Part shown: positions 1-8,662 of the stretch, piece after piece
Layout of the letters: every line of letters starts with the position of its first letter
How positions within the stretch are numbered: the stretch's first letter is position 1
Origin: Octopus sinensis
Lineage: Eukaryota
Length of the DNA: 16,049 bases
Assembly (NCBI RefSeq): GCF_006345805.1
Contig: NW_021825273.1
Location: forward strand, 1-16,049
Direction: 5' to 3'
Made by a program: the position numbers and the translations under genes
The notes under the pieces: model-generated
What the model saw: the letters and a program-made list of their open reading frames with translations, nothing else
Databases searched by the model: none
Told to the model about the DNA's origin: nothing

Positions 1-63
1 CCCGTTTCGTAACAGACATCTTCTAAGATGTATGCTTATCCCTTCTTCTAAGAAGACACCCGA

Positions 64-140
64 ACACACACACACACACACACATACACATAAGCACATA
101 CATATGTAAGTATATATACACACATATATATATACATACA
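64..140. repeat. (CA)n/(TA)n microsatellite
   Basis: Direct reading: acacacacac..., atatatatat. Confidence 0.95.
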
Positions 141-235
141 CCCCTAAATAAAATAAGTAAAAAAAGGGGGTTATTTGAAGAAAAGAAAAACTCTTTGCGA
201 ACTTTCCCCATCTTACTTTCTCACGCTCCTGAAAA

Positions 236-502
236 ATGATGTTGTGGATGTTATTGTTGATGTCGTCGAAGCCGCCGCCGCCGCCGACGTCGCCGTGGTT
301 GTCTTTGCTATTGTTATTGTTGTTGCTTACAGCCGCGATGATGGTGATGATGATGATGGCGATGATAATGATGTTGGTGATGATGATGAAGGTGATGATG
401 ATGCTGATGATGATGATGGTGATGATGATGATGATGATGATGATGATGACGATGAAGGTGATGATGATGATGATGATGATGATAAATGAAGATGACGACG
501 AC

Positions 503-540
<38 letters not shown>

Positions 541-680
541 CGACGATGGCGAAGATAACGATGGTGATGATGACGACGACGACGTCGATGACGATGATGA
601 TGATGATGACGATGATGATGATGATGATGATGGTGAAGACGATAATGATGGTGATAATGATGATAATGATGAAGATGATA
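236..680. repeat. Imperfect (GAT)n/(GAC)n trinucleotide tract
   Basis: Long gatgatgat runs; source of the poly-D/M/I/H/S ORFs in the track. Confidence 0.97.
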
Positions 681-779
681 TTGACATGTGTGTGTATGTG
701 TGTGAATATCAATATGCATACGCACAAAGATATTGAATTCGATCTGCTATATTTTTGTTTGTGAATTCGTTGAATTCAG

Positions 780-1087
780 ATTTTGTAGTATTGTTGGGAG
801 GGTCACTCAGCTAATAATAACACACGCGCGGGACAAATATTGAAACAGATCTGGGCATTGAGAAGGAATGTCATTGACGAGGTCACGAATGGCAACGAAA
901 AAGCTTTGGCACACAAATGATTGATTGATTGATTGATTGATAGTTTAATTGATTGACCAGTTGATTACGCAAGAAATTGAGTAGTTGGTTCGTTAAACAA
1001 CTAATCAATTGACAAACAATAAAGAAGTGAAATACAACCACTGTATGTGTTTATTATTATAACGACCCTCCCAACATACAACAAAAT
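780..1087. mobile_element. Candidate MITE / inverted-repeat element
   Basis: 780-823 ATTTTGTAGTATTGTTGGGAGGGTC..TAATAATAACAC is the imperfect reverse complement of 1047-1087 (revcomp ATTTTGTTGTATGTTGGGAGGGTC..TAATAATAAACAC). Interior includes (GATT)n at ~919-960. No clear TSD. Confidence 0.45.
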
Positions 1088-1148
1088 ATATATCCTTACA
1101 TGTGCATAAATATTTATCACAGCAACCATTTATGGGAGAGGTACTGAA

Positions 1149-1487
1149 GGCGCATGGCTCAGTGGTTAGGGCGTCGGGCTCACAATCTGGAGGATGTGTG
1201 TTCGATTCCCGGACCGGGTTCTGTGTTGCGTTCTTGAGCAAGACACTTTATTTCATGTTGCTCCAGTTCACTCAGCTGTAGAAATGAGTTGCGATGTCAC
1301 TGGTGCCAAGCTGTATCGGTCCCTTTGCCTTTCCCTTGGCTAACATCAGTGCCATGAGGAGGAGAGGCTGGTATGCAGGGACAACTGCTGGTCTTCCATA
1401 AAACAACCTTACCTGGACTTGTGCCTCGGAGAGGAACTTCCTAGGTGCAATCCCATGATCATTCGTGACCGAAGGGGGCCTTCCCTT
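1149..1487 (+). mobile_element. tRNA-derived SINE, family C (CORE-like central domain), near full length
   Basis: Pol III A box TGGCTCAGTGG 1155-1165 and B box GTTCGATTCC 1200-1209, followed by TTGAGCAAGACACTTTATTTCA..CAGCTGTAGAAATGAG (CORE-like); ends GACCGAAGGGGGCCTTCCCTT. Resembles octopus SINEs from recall. Confidence 0.85.
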
Positions 1488-1690
1488 CCGGTCATTTCAA
1501 TATGTGGCCGTGTGTTTATCGTTGGCGATGTTCTTTCTTCGTCTTCCCTTCTTTGGACGTTTTCTATATTTCTGATGAAGAGCTCTGCTCGAAACGTGAA
1601 ATCCTCTTTCTTTTCTTTCCCTTTCTGGGCGTCCAATAACACTACACTTATTCCACGTGTTCACGTTGTTGTGTTTTCTTTCTTGTTCTT
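1484..1690 (+). mobile_element. Hammerhead-bearing dispersed repeat, copy 1 (putative non-autonomous Penelope-like element / LTR remnant)
   Basis: Colinear with 12416-12635: CCTTCCGGTCATT..GTTGGCGAT..GTCTTCCCTTCTTTGGA..CTGANGAAGAG..GCTCGAAACGT..GCGTCCAATAA..TTCCACGT..CGTTGTTGTGTTTT. Confidence 0.8.
1568..1602 (+). ncRNA. Minimal type I hammerhead ribozyme motif, cleavage-site variant (G at position 17, probably inactive)
   Basis: ATTT-CTGATGA-A-GAGC(TCT)GCTC-GAA-ACGT-G-AAAT: stem I ATTT/AAAT, core CUGAUGA and GAAA, stem II GAGC/GCUC, palindromic stem III ACGU. Confidence 0.72.
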
Positions 1691-1814
1691 GTATGTGTAT
1701 ATATACACATACAAGGGTCGTTGTCCTGGGATTTAAGGAACAAGAGAAACACATACACGTGTGTATATGCATACACACACACATCTATGTAATTCCAAAT
1801 ATAAACAATAATAA

Positions 1815-2020
1815 ACAATAAAACAAACCATTTTTTTCTCTAAATGAAACAAAACTAAATGGTAAAATGGAAAATGTTTATTTTTGTATTCTTCCATTTT
1901 ATTTATATTTGTGAAGTTTTCTCCAATTTTTAATTGCAAATTCTTTGATGAAATCCTCACTGTGACACCTGGATACTTAGGAATCATATTTCCAATCATA
2001 TAAACCACTTTGAATATCAT
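1815..2020 (-). mobile_element. Decayed DNA-transposon remnant copy A (possible hAT transposase C-terminus)
   Basis: Minus strand reads DIQSGLYDWKYDS*VSRCHSEDFIKEFAIKNWRKLHKYK*. DFIKEFA-K--RK resembles the extreme C-terminus of hAT/ZMYM1-like transposases. Homologous to 2165-2245 + 2581-2702. Confidence 0.4.
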
Positions 2021-2081
2021 TTTAGCTAGCAGAGCGACGTACTGGCAGCCTCGACAAAACGCCGGGCAAATACAACACCAA

Positions 2082-2702
2082 ACAAGGCCGGATTAAGGAC
2101 CATAGAGGCCCCAAGCCTTAAAAGATTTTGGTGACACCATATCTATGTTATTCAACATTTAAACCATAAAACAAATTTCGATTTGACCCAAAACTAAACA
2201 TTAAAATAGAAAATAATATTTATTCTTGTATATTTCCACTTTATTTTCAGTCGTGTTTGTTTGCTTGTCCATGGACAAGATATCTCAAGAACCGCTGGAT
2301 GGATTTGTATGAAACTTTCAGGGATGTTTGACCTCATGACTGACAAGAACTGATTAGATTTTAGGATCAATCCGGTACCGGACAAGGATTCTGGATTATT
2401 TTTCTGTTTTTTATTTTTACTTAATTTTTGAGAGCGGTCGTGTTCATTTTTAGTATTCTCGTTTGTGAGAGCAGTCAAGTTTATTTCAGATATTCTCATT
2501 TTAAAAAGCATCTCTGGCTAATCATTGAGAGAACATTGGTGTTGCCTTGGCGGAGGTTTGCGCTCTCTGAGTGTTCTTCTTTATATTTGGAAAGTTTTCT
2601 CCTACTTATTTTAATTGCAAAGTCTTTGATTAGATCCTCATTATGGCACCATGAACACTTTGGAATCATATTTCCAATCATATGAACCACTTTGAATATC
2701 AA
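2082..2702 (-). mobile_element. Decayed hAT-like remnant copy B with putative terminus, interrupted by a Helentron-type insertion
   Basis: 2581-2700 is homologous to 1900-2018 and 2165-2245 to 1815-1900. CAAGGCCGGATTAAGG..AGGCCCC at ~2082-2110 resembles CAGGGCCGG-type hAT termini and lies downstream of the putative stop on the minus strand. Confidence 0.45.
2241..2580 (+). mobile_element. Non-autonomous Helentron-associated element (HINE/DINE-1-like), 5' tip missing
   Basis: 5' TTTTCAGTCGTGTTTGTTTG, GATGGATTT..ATGAAACTT, 3' sub-terminal CCTTGGCGGAGG (2545-2556), hairpin GCGCTC-TCT-GAGTGT (2560-2574), then TCT into a T-rich site. This architecture matches HINEs; the flanks rejoin to match 1880-1925. 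Confidence 0.7.
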
Positions 2703-2706
2703 GTGA

Positions 2707-2928
2707 AGCGGCGAGCGGTAAGAATCGTTAGCACGCCGGACAAAATGCTTCGCGGCATTTCGTCCGTCTTCACGTTCTGAGTTCAAATTCCGCCGAGGTC
2801 GACTTAACCTTTTGTCCTTTCGGGCTCGATAAAATAAGTACCAGTTGCATACTGGAGTCGATGTAATCGACTAACACCATCCTCCGAAATTGCTGGCCTT
2901 GTACCAAAATTTGAAACCATTATTATTT
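2707..2928 (+). mobile_element. tRNA-derived SINE, family B, full length
   Basis: GGCGAGC..AGAATCGTTAGCACGCCGG head, B-box-like GAGTTCAAATTCC, GTCGAC, ATAAGTACCAGT..GTCGATGTAATCGACT, ends AAATTTGAAACC(ATT)n. Homologous to minus-strand copies at 6712-7228. Confidence 0.88.
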
Positions 2929-3104
2929 TATCAAGCTTGAAGTGATTTCTTTTGTGGCGTAAACCATTTACAATTTCTGTTTCATCCCCCCCCCCACACA
3001 CACACACATACACACACCTACCTTTGATGCCTAAACACGTGCTTATTTCACTTAATGGTTAGACCACCGCTGACACCACCAACAAAAAGCACGTGACGAT
3101 CCAG

Positions 3105-3335
3105 CGATGGAGCTCCAATGTGGTCGTCCGAGTTCCTAGAAATAACAGCCAAATCTCCGTGAAACCACACACTACAGATATAAAATGAAAAGAACAACAA
3201 CAACAAAGAACATGTTGGATTATGCGGCCATGTGTCCCCTGAAAATAGATGGCATAGTCACGGTTGGAATGCTTTAGATGACAAGCCTGTTCGAACAAGG
3301 GTCGTTGTCCTGGGATTTAAGGGACAAGAGAAACA
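3105..3335 (+). mobile_element. Old retroposon family D, diverged copy
   Basis: Shares GAGCTC..GTGGTCG.CCGA..CTAGAAATA.CA..AATCTC, CA.GTTGGA and GTCACGG.TGGAA with 5900-6122. Confidence 0.65.
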
Positions 3336-3350
3336 ACATGACAATCCCTC

Positions 3351-4362
3351 GTGTGTGTGTGTATGTGTGTGTGTGTTGTGTGTGTTGTGTGTTGTGTGTG
3401 TTGTGTGTGTGTATGTGTGTATGTGTTGTGTGTGTGCATGTGTTGTGTGTGTGTGTATGTGTTGTGTGTGTGTATGTGTTGTGTGTGTGTGTGTGTTGTG
3501 TGTGTTGTGTGTGTTGTGTGTGTGTATGTGTGTATGTGTTGTGTGTGTATGTGTTGTGTGTGTGTTGTGTATTGTGTGTGTGTGTTGTGTGTTGTGCATG
3601 CGTGTGTTGTGTGTATGTGTTGTGTGTGTGTATGTGTTGTGTGTATGTGTTGTGTGTATGTGTTGTGTGTGTGTGTGTGTGTTTGTGTTGTGTATTGTGT
3701 GTGTTTGTTGTGTACTGAGTGTGTGTTGTGTGTGTGTGTGTGTGTGTGTTGTGTGTGTGTGTATGTGTTGTGTATTGTGTGTGTTTGTTGTGTACTGAGT
3801 GTGTGTTTGTGTATGTGTGTATGTATGCATATATGTGTGTCTACTGTGTATGCCTGTGGGTATGTATGTGTATTTGCGTACGTATGTACAATGTGTGTGT
3901 GTGTGCATGTGTATACGTGTGCGTATGTGTGTGCATGTATTGTATATTGTACGTGTCTGTCTACGATTATGTGTATATATGTGTGTGAGCCTGTGTATAT
4001 GTGTCTGGGAGTGTGTATGTGCATATGTTTGTCTGTGAGTGTGTGTGTGTTTATATATATATATGTGTGTGTGAGAGAGCGTGTGTTTATGTGTGTGTAT
4101 ATATGTGTGTCTGTGTGTGTGTCTGTGTGTGTGTGTTTATGTGTGTGTATATATGTGTGTCTGTGTGTGTGTGTGTATGTGTGTGTGTATGTGTTTATGT
4201 GTGTATATATGTGTGTCTGTGTGTGTGTTTGTGTGTGTGTGTGTTTATGTGTGTATATATATGTGTGTCTGTGTGTGTGTATGTGTGTGTATGTGTTTAT
4301 GTGTGTATATATATGTGTGTCTGTGTGTGTGTGCATGTGTGTGTGTATGTGTGTGTATATGT
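3351..4362. repeat. ~1-kb imperfect (TG)n / TGTTG / TGTA tract with higher-order units
   Basis: Direct reading; internal 43-bp duplication at 3685-3727/3765-3807 and ~50-60-bp units at 4083-4330. Confidence 0.97.
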
Positions 4363-4523
4363 GCAAGGGGGGTGGGGTGGAGGGAGGCTCCTGTAAACAT
4401 TCGTTATTATTTATCCCCTCAAAGCCAAACAAACACCGCAATTCATCGCCCACCCTGATCTCTACCCCAGCAATTCTGTCTTCATCACAGCACACACCCC
4501 GAGCTGACACCCTTAATACGTGA

Positions 4524-5189
4524 AAACACATAGACACGTGCACGTCCAGACGAACACACACATACATACTCGTACATGTGTACGCATACATACACACACA
4601 CACACACACACACGTATGCATACACATACACACCCACACATGTACACACATACATACACACGCTCATACACATATACATACACATACCCACCCATGTATA
4701 CCCTTACATACACACTCACACACACGTATGCATACACATACATACACACACATGTATAGACATGCATACACACTCACACACACATATATATACCCACACA
4801 TGTATACGCATACATACACATACATAGCCACACTTGTATACACATATATACACACACTCATACACGTATACATACACATACCCACACATGTATAGGCATA
4901 CATACACACACACACGTATACATATATACGAACACACATATAAACATACGCATACATCCGTGCACGTAATACATACATACACACATACATGTATATACAC
5001 ACACAAGTACATATACACACACACGCACATGCTTATACACACAAGTATACGCATACATATACACAAACACATGTATAGACATGCGTGCGCGCACGCGCGT
5101 GCATATACGCATACATGCACATACACACGTGTACACATGTACATGTATACACGCACGTATACACACGCGCGCGCGCGCACACACACACA
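4524..5189. repeat. Imperfect (CA)n/(CATA)n tract
   Basis: Direct reading. Confidence 0.97.
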
Positions 5190-5660
5190 TCAGCATCGCC
5201 GACACCACAACCACCAAGATCACAAGGGTCACCATCGCCACCACCATCATCAACATCACCACCATCATCGTCACCATCATCATCACCATCATCATTAACA
5301 CTCTCACCACTACCACCGCTATCACAATCACCACCATCACCATCACCATCATCATCATCATCATCATCATTACCACCATCACCGCCATCACCACTACCTC
5401 CCCCACCACCATCATCACAATCACCACCATCACCATCACCATCACCATCATCATCATCATTACCACCATCACCGCCATCACCACTACCTCCCCCACCACC
5501 ATCACCATCATCATCATCATCATCATTACCACCATCACCACCACCACCAATATCATTATCATCATCATCACCACCACCTACAGTATCACCACCAATACCA
5601 CCACCACCTACTACCACCACTACGACATCCACTCCCAACTACCACTACCACCATCTCCAC
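5190..5660. repeat. (CAT)n/(CAC)n trinucleotide tract with ~90-bp higher-order duplication
   Basis: ATCACAATCACCACC..TACCTCCCCCACCACC occurs at ~5321-5410 and ~5414-5500. Confidence 0.95.
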
Positions 5661-5899
5661 CGCACGCACCCCTTCGTAAATCTCTTTCACCCACTCACCC
5701 ACCCAGCCATCCCAGAACTCACTTCCTTAATTTACAACCCCCACCCTCCACCCCCAGTCGTCGCCCTTCCCCCCCCCCCCGCCACTCCTATGTTTCATGC
5801 CATCACAAAGACTCACCAAGTCTTCCAGACTGTTCACCGAGAAATTTCTCTTCTTTGTTTACACAACATCACCGACACCTACTATCGCAGCGCCACCTG

Positions 5900-6122
5900 C
5901 ATCAACAAGGGAGCTCAGCGTGGTCGCTCGACATGCTAGAAATAGCAATCGAATCTCCCTTCGAGCCGCACGCGACCTGTAAAAAGGACCACGTTGGATG
6001 TTATGTATGTATGAACGGGATACTAGATTCAAATTCACATGAAGCAGAGGGGGACGTCACGGCTGGAACATCTTTGATCACAGATCTGCTCGAATGCGGA
6101 CTGAGCAGGGGCTAAAAGAATA
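5900..6122 (+). mobile_element. Old retroposon family D copy
   Basis: GTGGTCGCTCGACATGCTAGAAATAGC..GTCACGGCTGGAACATCTTTGATCACAGATCTGCTCGA..GGGGCTAAAAG; similar to 3105-3335, 7270-7540 and 9855-9925(-). Confidence 0.7.
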
Positions 6123-6136
6123 AAAGAAAAATATAA

Positions 6137-6186
6137 ATATGTATATATATATGGCTGAGTGGTAAGAAGTTTGCTTCTCAACCACA
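6137..6186 (+). repeat. Left copy of a long target-site duplication (includes the 5' head of an older family A SINE)
   Basis: ATATGTATA(TA)nTGGCTGAGT..TAAGAAGTTTGCTTCTCAACCACA is repeated at 6599-6659. Confidence 0.75.
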
Positions 6187-6349
6187 GGCGCGGGAGTGGC
6201 TGTGTGGTAAGTAGCTTGTTTACCAACCACATGGTTCCGGGTTCAGTCCCACTGCATGGCACCTTGGGCAAGTGCCTTCTGCTATAGCCTCGGGCCGACC
6301 AAAGCCTTGTGAGTGGATTTGGTAGACGGAAACTGAAAGAAGCCTGTCG

Positions 6350-6380
<31 letters not shown>

Positions 6381-6598
6381 TTGTGTGTTTGTGTTTGTCC
6401 CCCTAGCATTGCTTGACAACCGATGCTGGTGTGTTTATGTCCCCGTTACTTAGCGGTTCGGCAAAAGAGACCGATAGAATAAGTACTGGGCTTACAAAGA
6501 ATAAGTCCCGGGGTCGAGCTGCTCGACTAAAAGGCGGTGCTCCAGCATGGCCGCAGTCAAATGAGTGAAACAAGTAAAAGAGTAAAAGAGTAAAGAGT
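6187..6598 (+). mobile_element. tRNA-derived SINE, family A (CORE-like), full length
   Basis: GGCGCGGGAG-TGGCTGTGTGG (A box)..GGTTCAGTCC (B-box-like), CCTTGGGCAAGT CORE-like motif, internal (TA)n/(TG)n, 3' GCGGTTCGGCAAAAGAGACCGATAGAATAAGTAC..GGGGTCGA..CGACT..CCAGCATGGCCGCAGTC, and an (AAGAGTA)n-like tail. Confidence 0.92.
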
Positions 6599-6623
6599 AT
6601 ATGTATAATATATATATATATAT

Positions 6624-6686
6624 ATGGCTGAGTTATAAGAAGTTTGCTTCTCAACCACATGGTTCGGGTTTCAGTCCCATTGCGTG
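6624..6686 (+). mobile_element. 5' fragment of an older family A SINE (target of the 6187-6598 insertion)
   Basis: TGGCTGAGT..AAGAAGTTTGCTTCTCAACCACATGGTTCGGGTTTCAGTCCCATTGCGTG. Confidence 0.8.
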
Positions 6687-6711
6687 TTAACGATTCTTTG
6701 CAATTTGGCGC

Positions 6712-6905
6712 CCCTCAGGGAGAAGGGTGAGGGTGGGGGCAAGGCGATATTATTGACCCCAGTGCTTAACTGGTATTTATTTCATTCAGTCTGAAAAGAT
6801 GAAAGGCAAAGTCGACCCCTTGCGGCATTTGAACTCATAATATCCATAGCCGAAAGAAAAACTGCTGAACATTTCATCCGGCATGCTAACGATTCTACCA
6901 ACTTA
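6712..6905 (-). mobile_element. Family B SINE, diverged
   Basis: Reverse complement matches 2707-2928 (TAACGATTCT, TTTGAACTC, AAAGTCGAC, CCCCAGT..AACTGGTA). Confidence 0.8.
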
Positions 6906-6912
6906 TTGTCCA

Positions 6913-7127
6913 AATATCGATTTCAAATTTCGCACAAGGCCAGCAATTTCAGGGTGAGAGGGACAAGTCGATATCATCGACCCCCTGTGCCCAACTGGTT
7001 TTTATTTTATGGACCCTGAAAAAGTGAAAGGCAAAGTCGACATCGGCGACATTTGAACGTAAAGCCGGACGAAATAATGCTAAGCATTTTTGTCCGGCAT
7101 GTCAATCATTCTGCCTGCTTGCCGCCT
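6913..7127 (-). mobile_element. Family B SINE, full length, diverged
   Basis: TTTCAAATTT..CACAAGGCCAGCAATTTC..AGTCGA..ATCGACCCC..AAAGGCAAAGTCGAC..GCCGCC is the reverse complement of family B. Confidence 0.85.
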
Positions 7128-7150
7128 CAGTAATAACAATGATGATAAGC

Positions 7151-7228
7151 GTTTCAAATTTTGACCCCCAGGCTTGAAATCTTGGGGGCAGGGGCTTACT
7201 CGATTACATCGCACCCAGTACTGGTCGC
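7151..7228 (-). mobile_element. Family B SINE 3' fragment
   Basis: GTTTCAAATTTT..TCGATTACATCG.ACCCAGTACTGGT. Confidence 0.7.
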
Positions 7229-7269
7229 CATAGCAACGACAATATCATTATGACCGTCAACAGGCGGAG

Positions 7270-7540
7270 TTATCCGCGTGGGCGTTCCACCGACTAAATT
7301 CCTCAGAATCAAATCTCATCGTCTTACAAAAGAAAAGGAGACACTGGAATGTCTTTGATTGCTGGTCTACAAGATCGGGGCTGAGCCGGGCCCGAAGAAC
7401 GACAAGGAAAGAGACATTGGGTAATGTTATCCTTGATACACTGTGCCGAAAAGACAGGATGGGTTTATAACAGACCAGGAATGTCTTTAATCATGTAGGT
7501 CTTCTGGGTCGAGGATGGGGCCTGGGGCAGAGCAACAACA
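7270..7540 (+). mobile_element. Family D retroposon remnants (two partial 3' ends)
   Basis: TGGAATGTCTTTGAT..GGGGCTGAGCCGGG (7345-7392) and GGAATGTCTTTAATCAT..GGGGCCTGGGGC (7478-7528) resemble 6063-6115; the second runs into an (AAC)n tail. Confidence 0.55.
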
Positions 7541-7658
7541 ACAGCAGCAACAACGACAACAACCACAACAACAACAGCAAGAAGAAGGAGAAGAAGAAGA
7601 CGAACAACAACAACAACAGTAACAACAAAAACAACGACGACGACGACGACTACGACGA
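7534..7658. repeat. (AAC)n/(AAG)n/(GAC)n compound tract
   Basis: Direct reading; probably the expanded tail of the upstream retroposon. Confidence 0.9.
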
Positions 7659-7796
7659 CATTGCGGTCCACTGTTCCGGGATCTTCGGCTTCCCTTAACA
7701 GTCTTCATTCAATTAGGGTTCACACTAGACCCACCAGTTTCATCCGACAGCCATGTTTTGATCACATATCTGTGTTTGTTTGCAAACACACACTCA

Positions 7797-7841
7797 CCTA
7801 TATATATATATTGTGTGTGTGTAGATATTGTGTATGTGTAT

Positions 7842-7939
<98 letters not shown>

Positions 7940-7990
7940 CATATATACATTATGATCGTATATGTACATACTTACATCTATACGTATATA
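7797..7990. repeat. (TA)n-rich microsatellite
   Basis: Direct reading. Confidence 0.95.
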
Positions 7991-8175
7991 TTATAAGCAT
8001 ATGTGGGCACAGGACGTCAGGAAAACGTGTATAACAAAAAGTACGAAGCGCAAGTACATGGAACATGAACAGTTCTTTCGAACAACGAAAGACACAAATT
8101 AAAGACAAACAAACAGCATAAAGAACGACCCTTCATCAGTTGTTGGCTGTTTTTCTACTCTCGTATTTCGAGCAT

Positions 8176-8210
<35 letters not shown>

Positions 8211-8309
8211 ATGAATAAATAAATGGAGTTTAACGCAGGTGTAAATCAAATGTTTTTACTTTCGACACATTTTTTCCGTGTTAATTGTTAACAAGGTAAA
8301 AATACACTC

Positions 8310-8367
<58 letters not shown>

Positions 8368-8396
8368 ATCTATCTATCTATCTATCTATCTATCTG

Positions 8397-8453
<57 letters not shown>

Positions 8454-8529
8454 ATCTATCCACTATCTATCTATCTATCTATATCGATCTATCTATATCT
8501 ATCTATCTATCTACTATCTATCCTAATCT

Positions 8530-8560
<31 letters not shown>

Positions 8561-8584
8561 TCTATCTATCTATCTATCTATCTG

Positions 8585-8662
<78 letters not shown>

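Noticed and set aside
1-62. Two short near-palindromes (ACATCTT-CT-AAGATGT; TCTTCT-A-AGAAGA) with a minus-strand CGAAACG, suggesting a hammerhead
   Set aside because: No CUGANGA core and no stem II adjacent to GAAA; truncated by the window edge.
175-736. Poly-Asp/Met/His ORFs
   Set aside because: They are translations of the (GAT)n microsatellite, open in several frames on both strands, with no domain content.
1149-1215. Possible tRNA genes at SINE heads (also 6187, 9552, 11988)
   Set aside because: A/B boxes are present, but there is no complete cloverleaf and the sequence continues into SINE bodies.
3232-5638. Long Cys/Val- and His/Thr-rich ORFs (up to 444 aa)
   Set aside because: They arise from stop-free (TG)n/(CA)n/(CAT)n tracts.
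5081-6115. 344-aa ORF with a non-repetitive-looking C-terminus
   Set aside because: The N-terminal part is microsatellite and the C-terminal part overlaps a family D retroposon; no recognisable protein motif.
7490-7692. Possible Asn/Gln-rich coding exon
   Set aside because: Explained by a retroposon 3' end with an expanded (AAC)n tail; no convincing splice sites.
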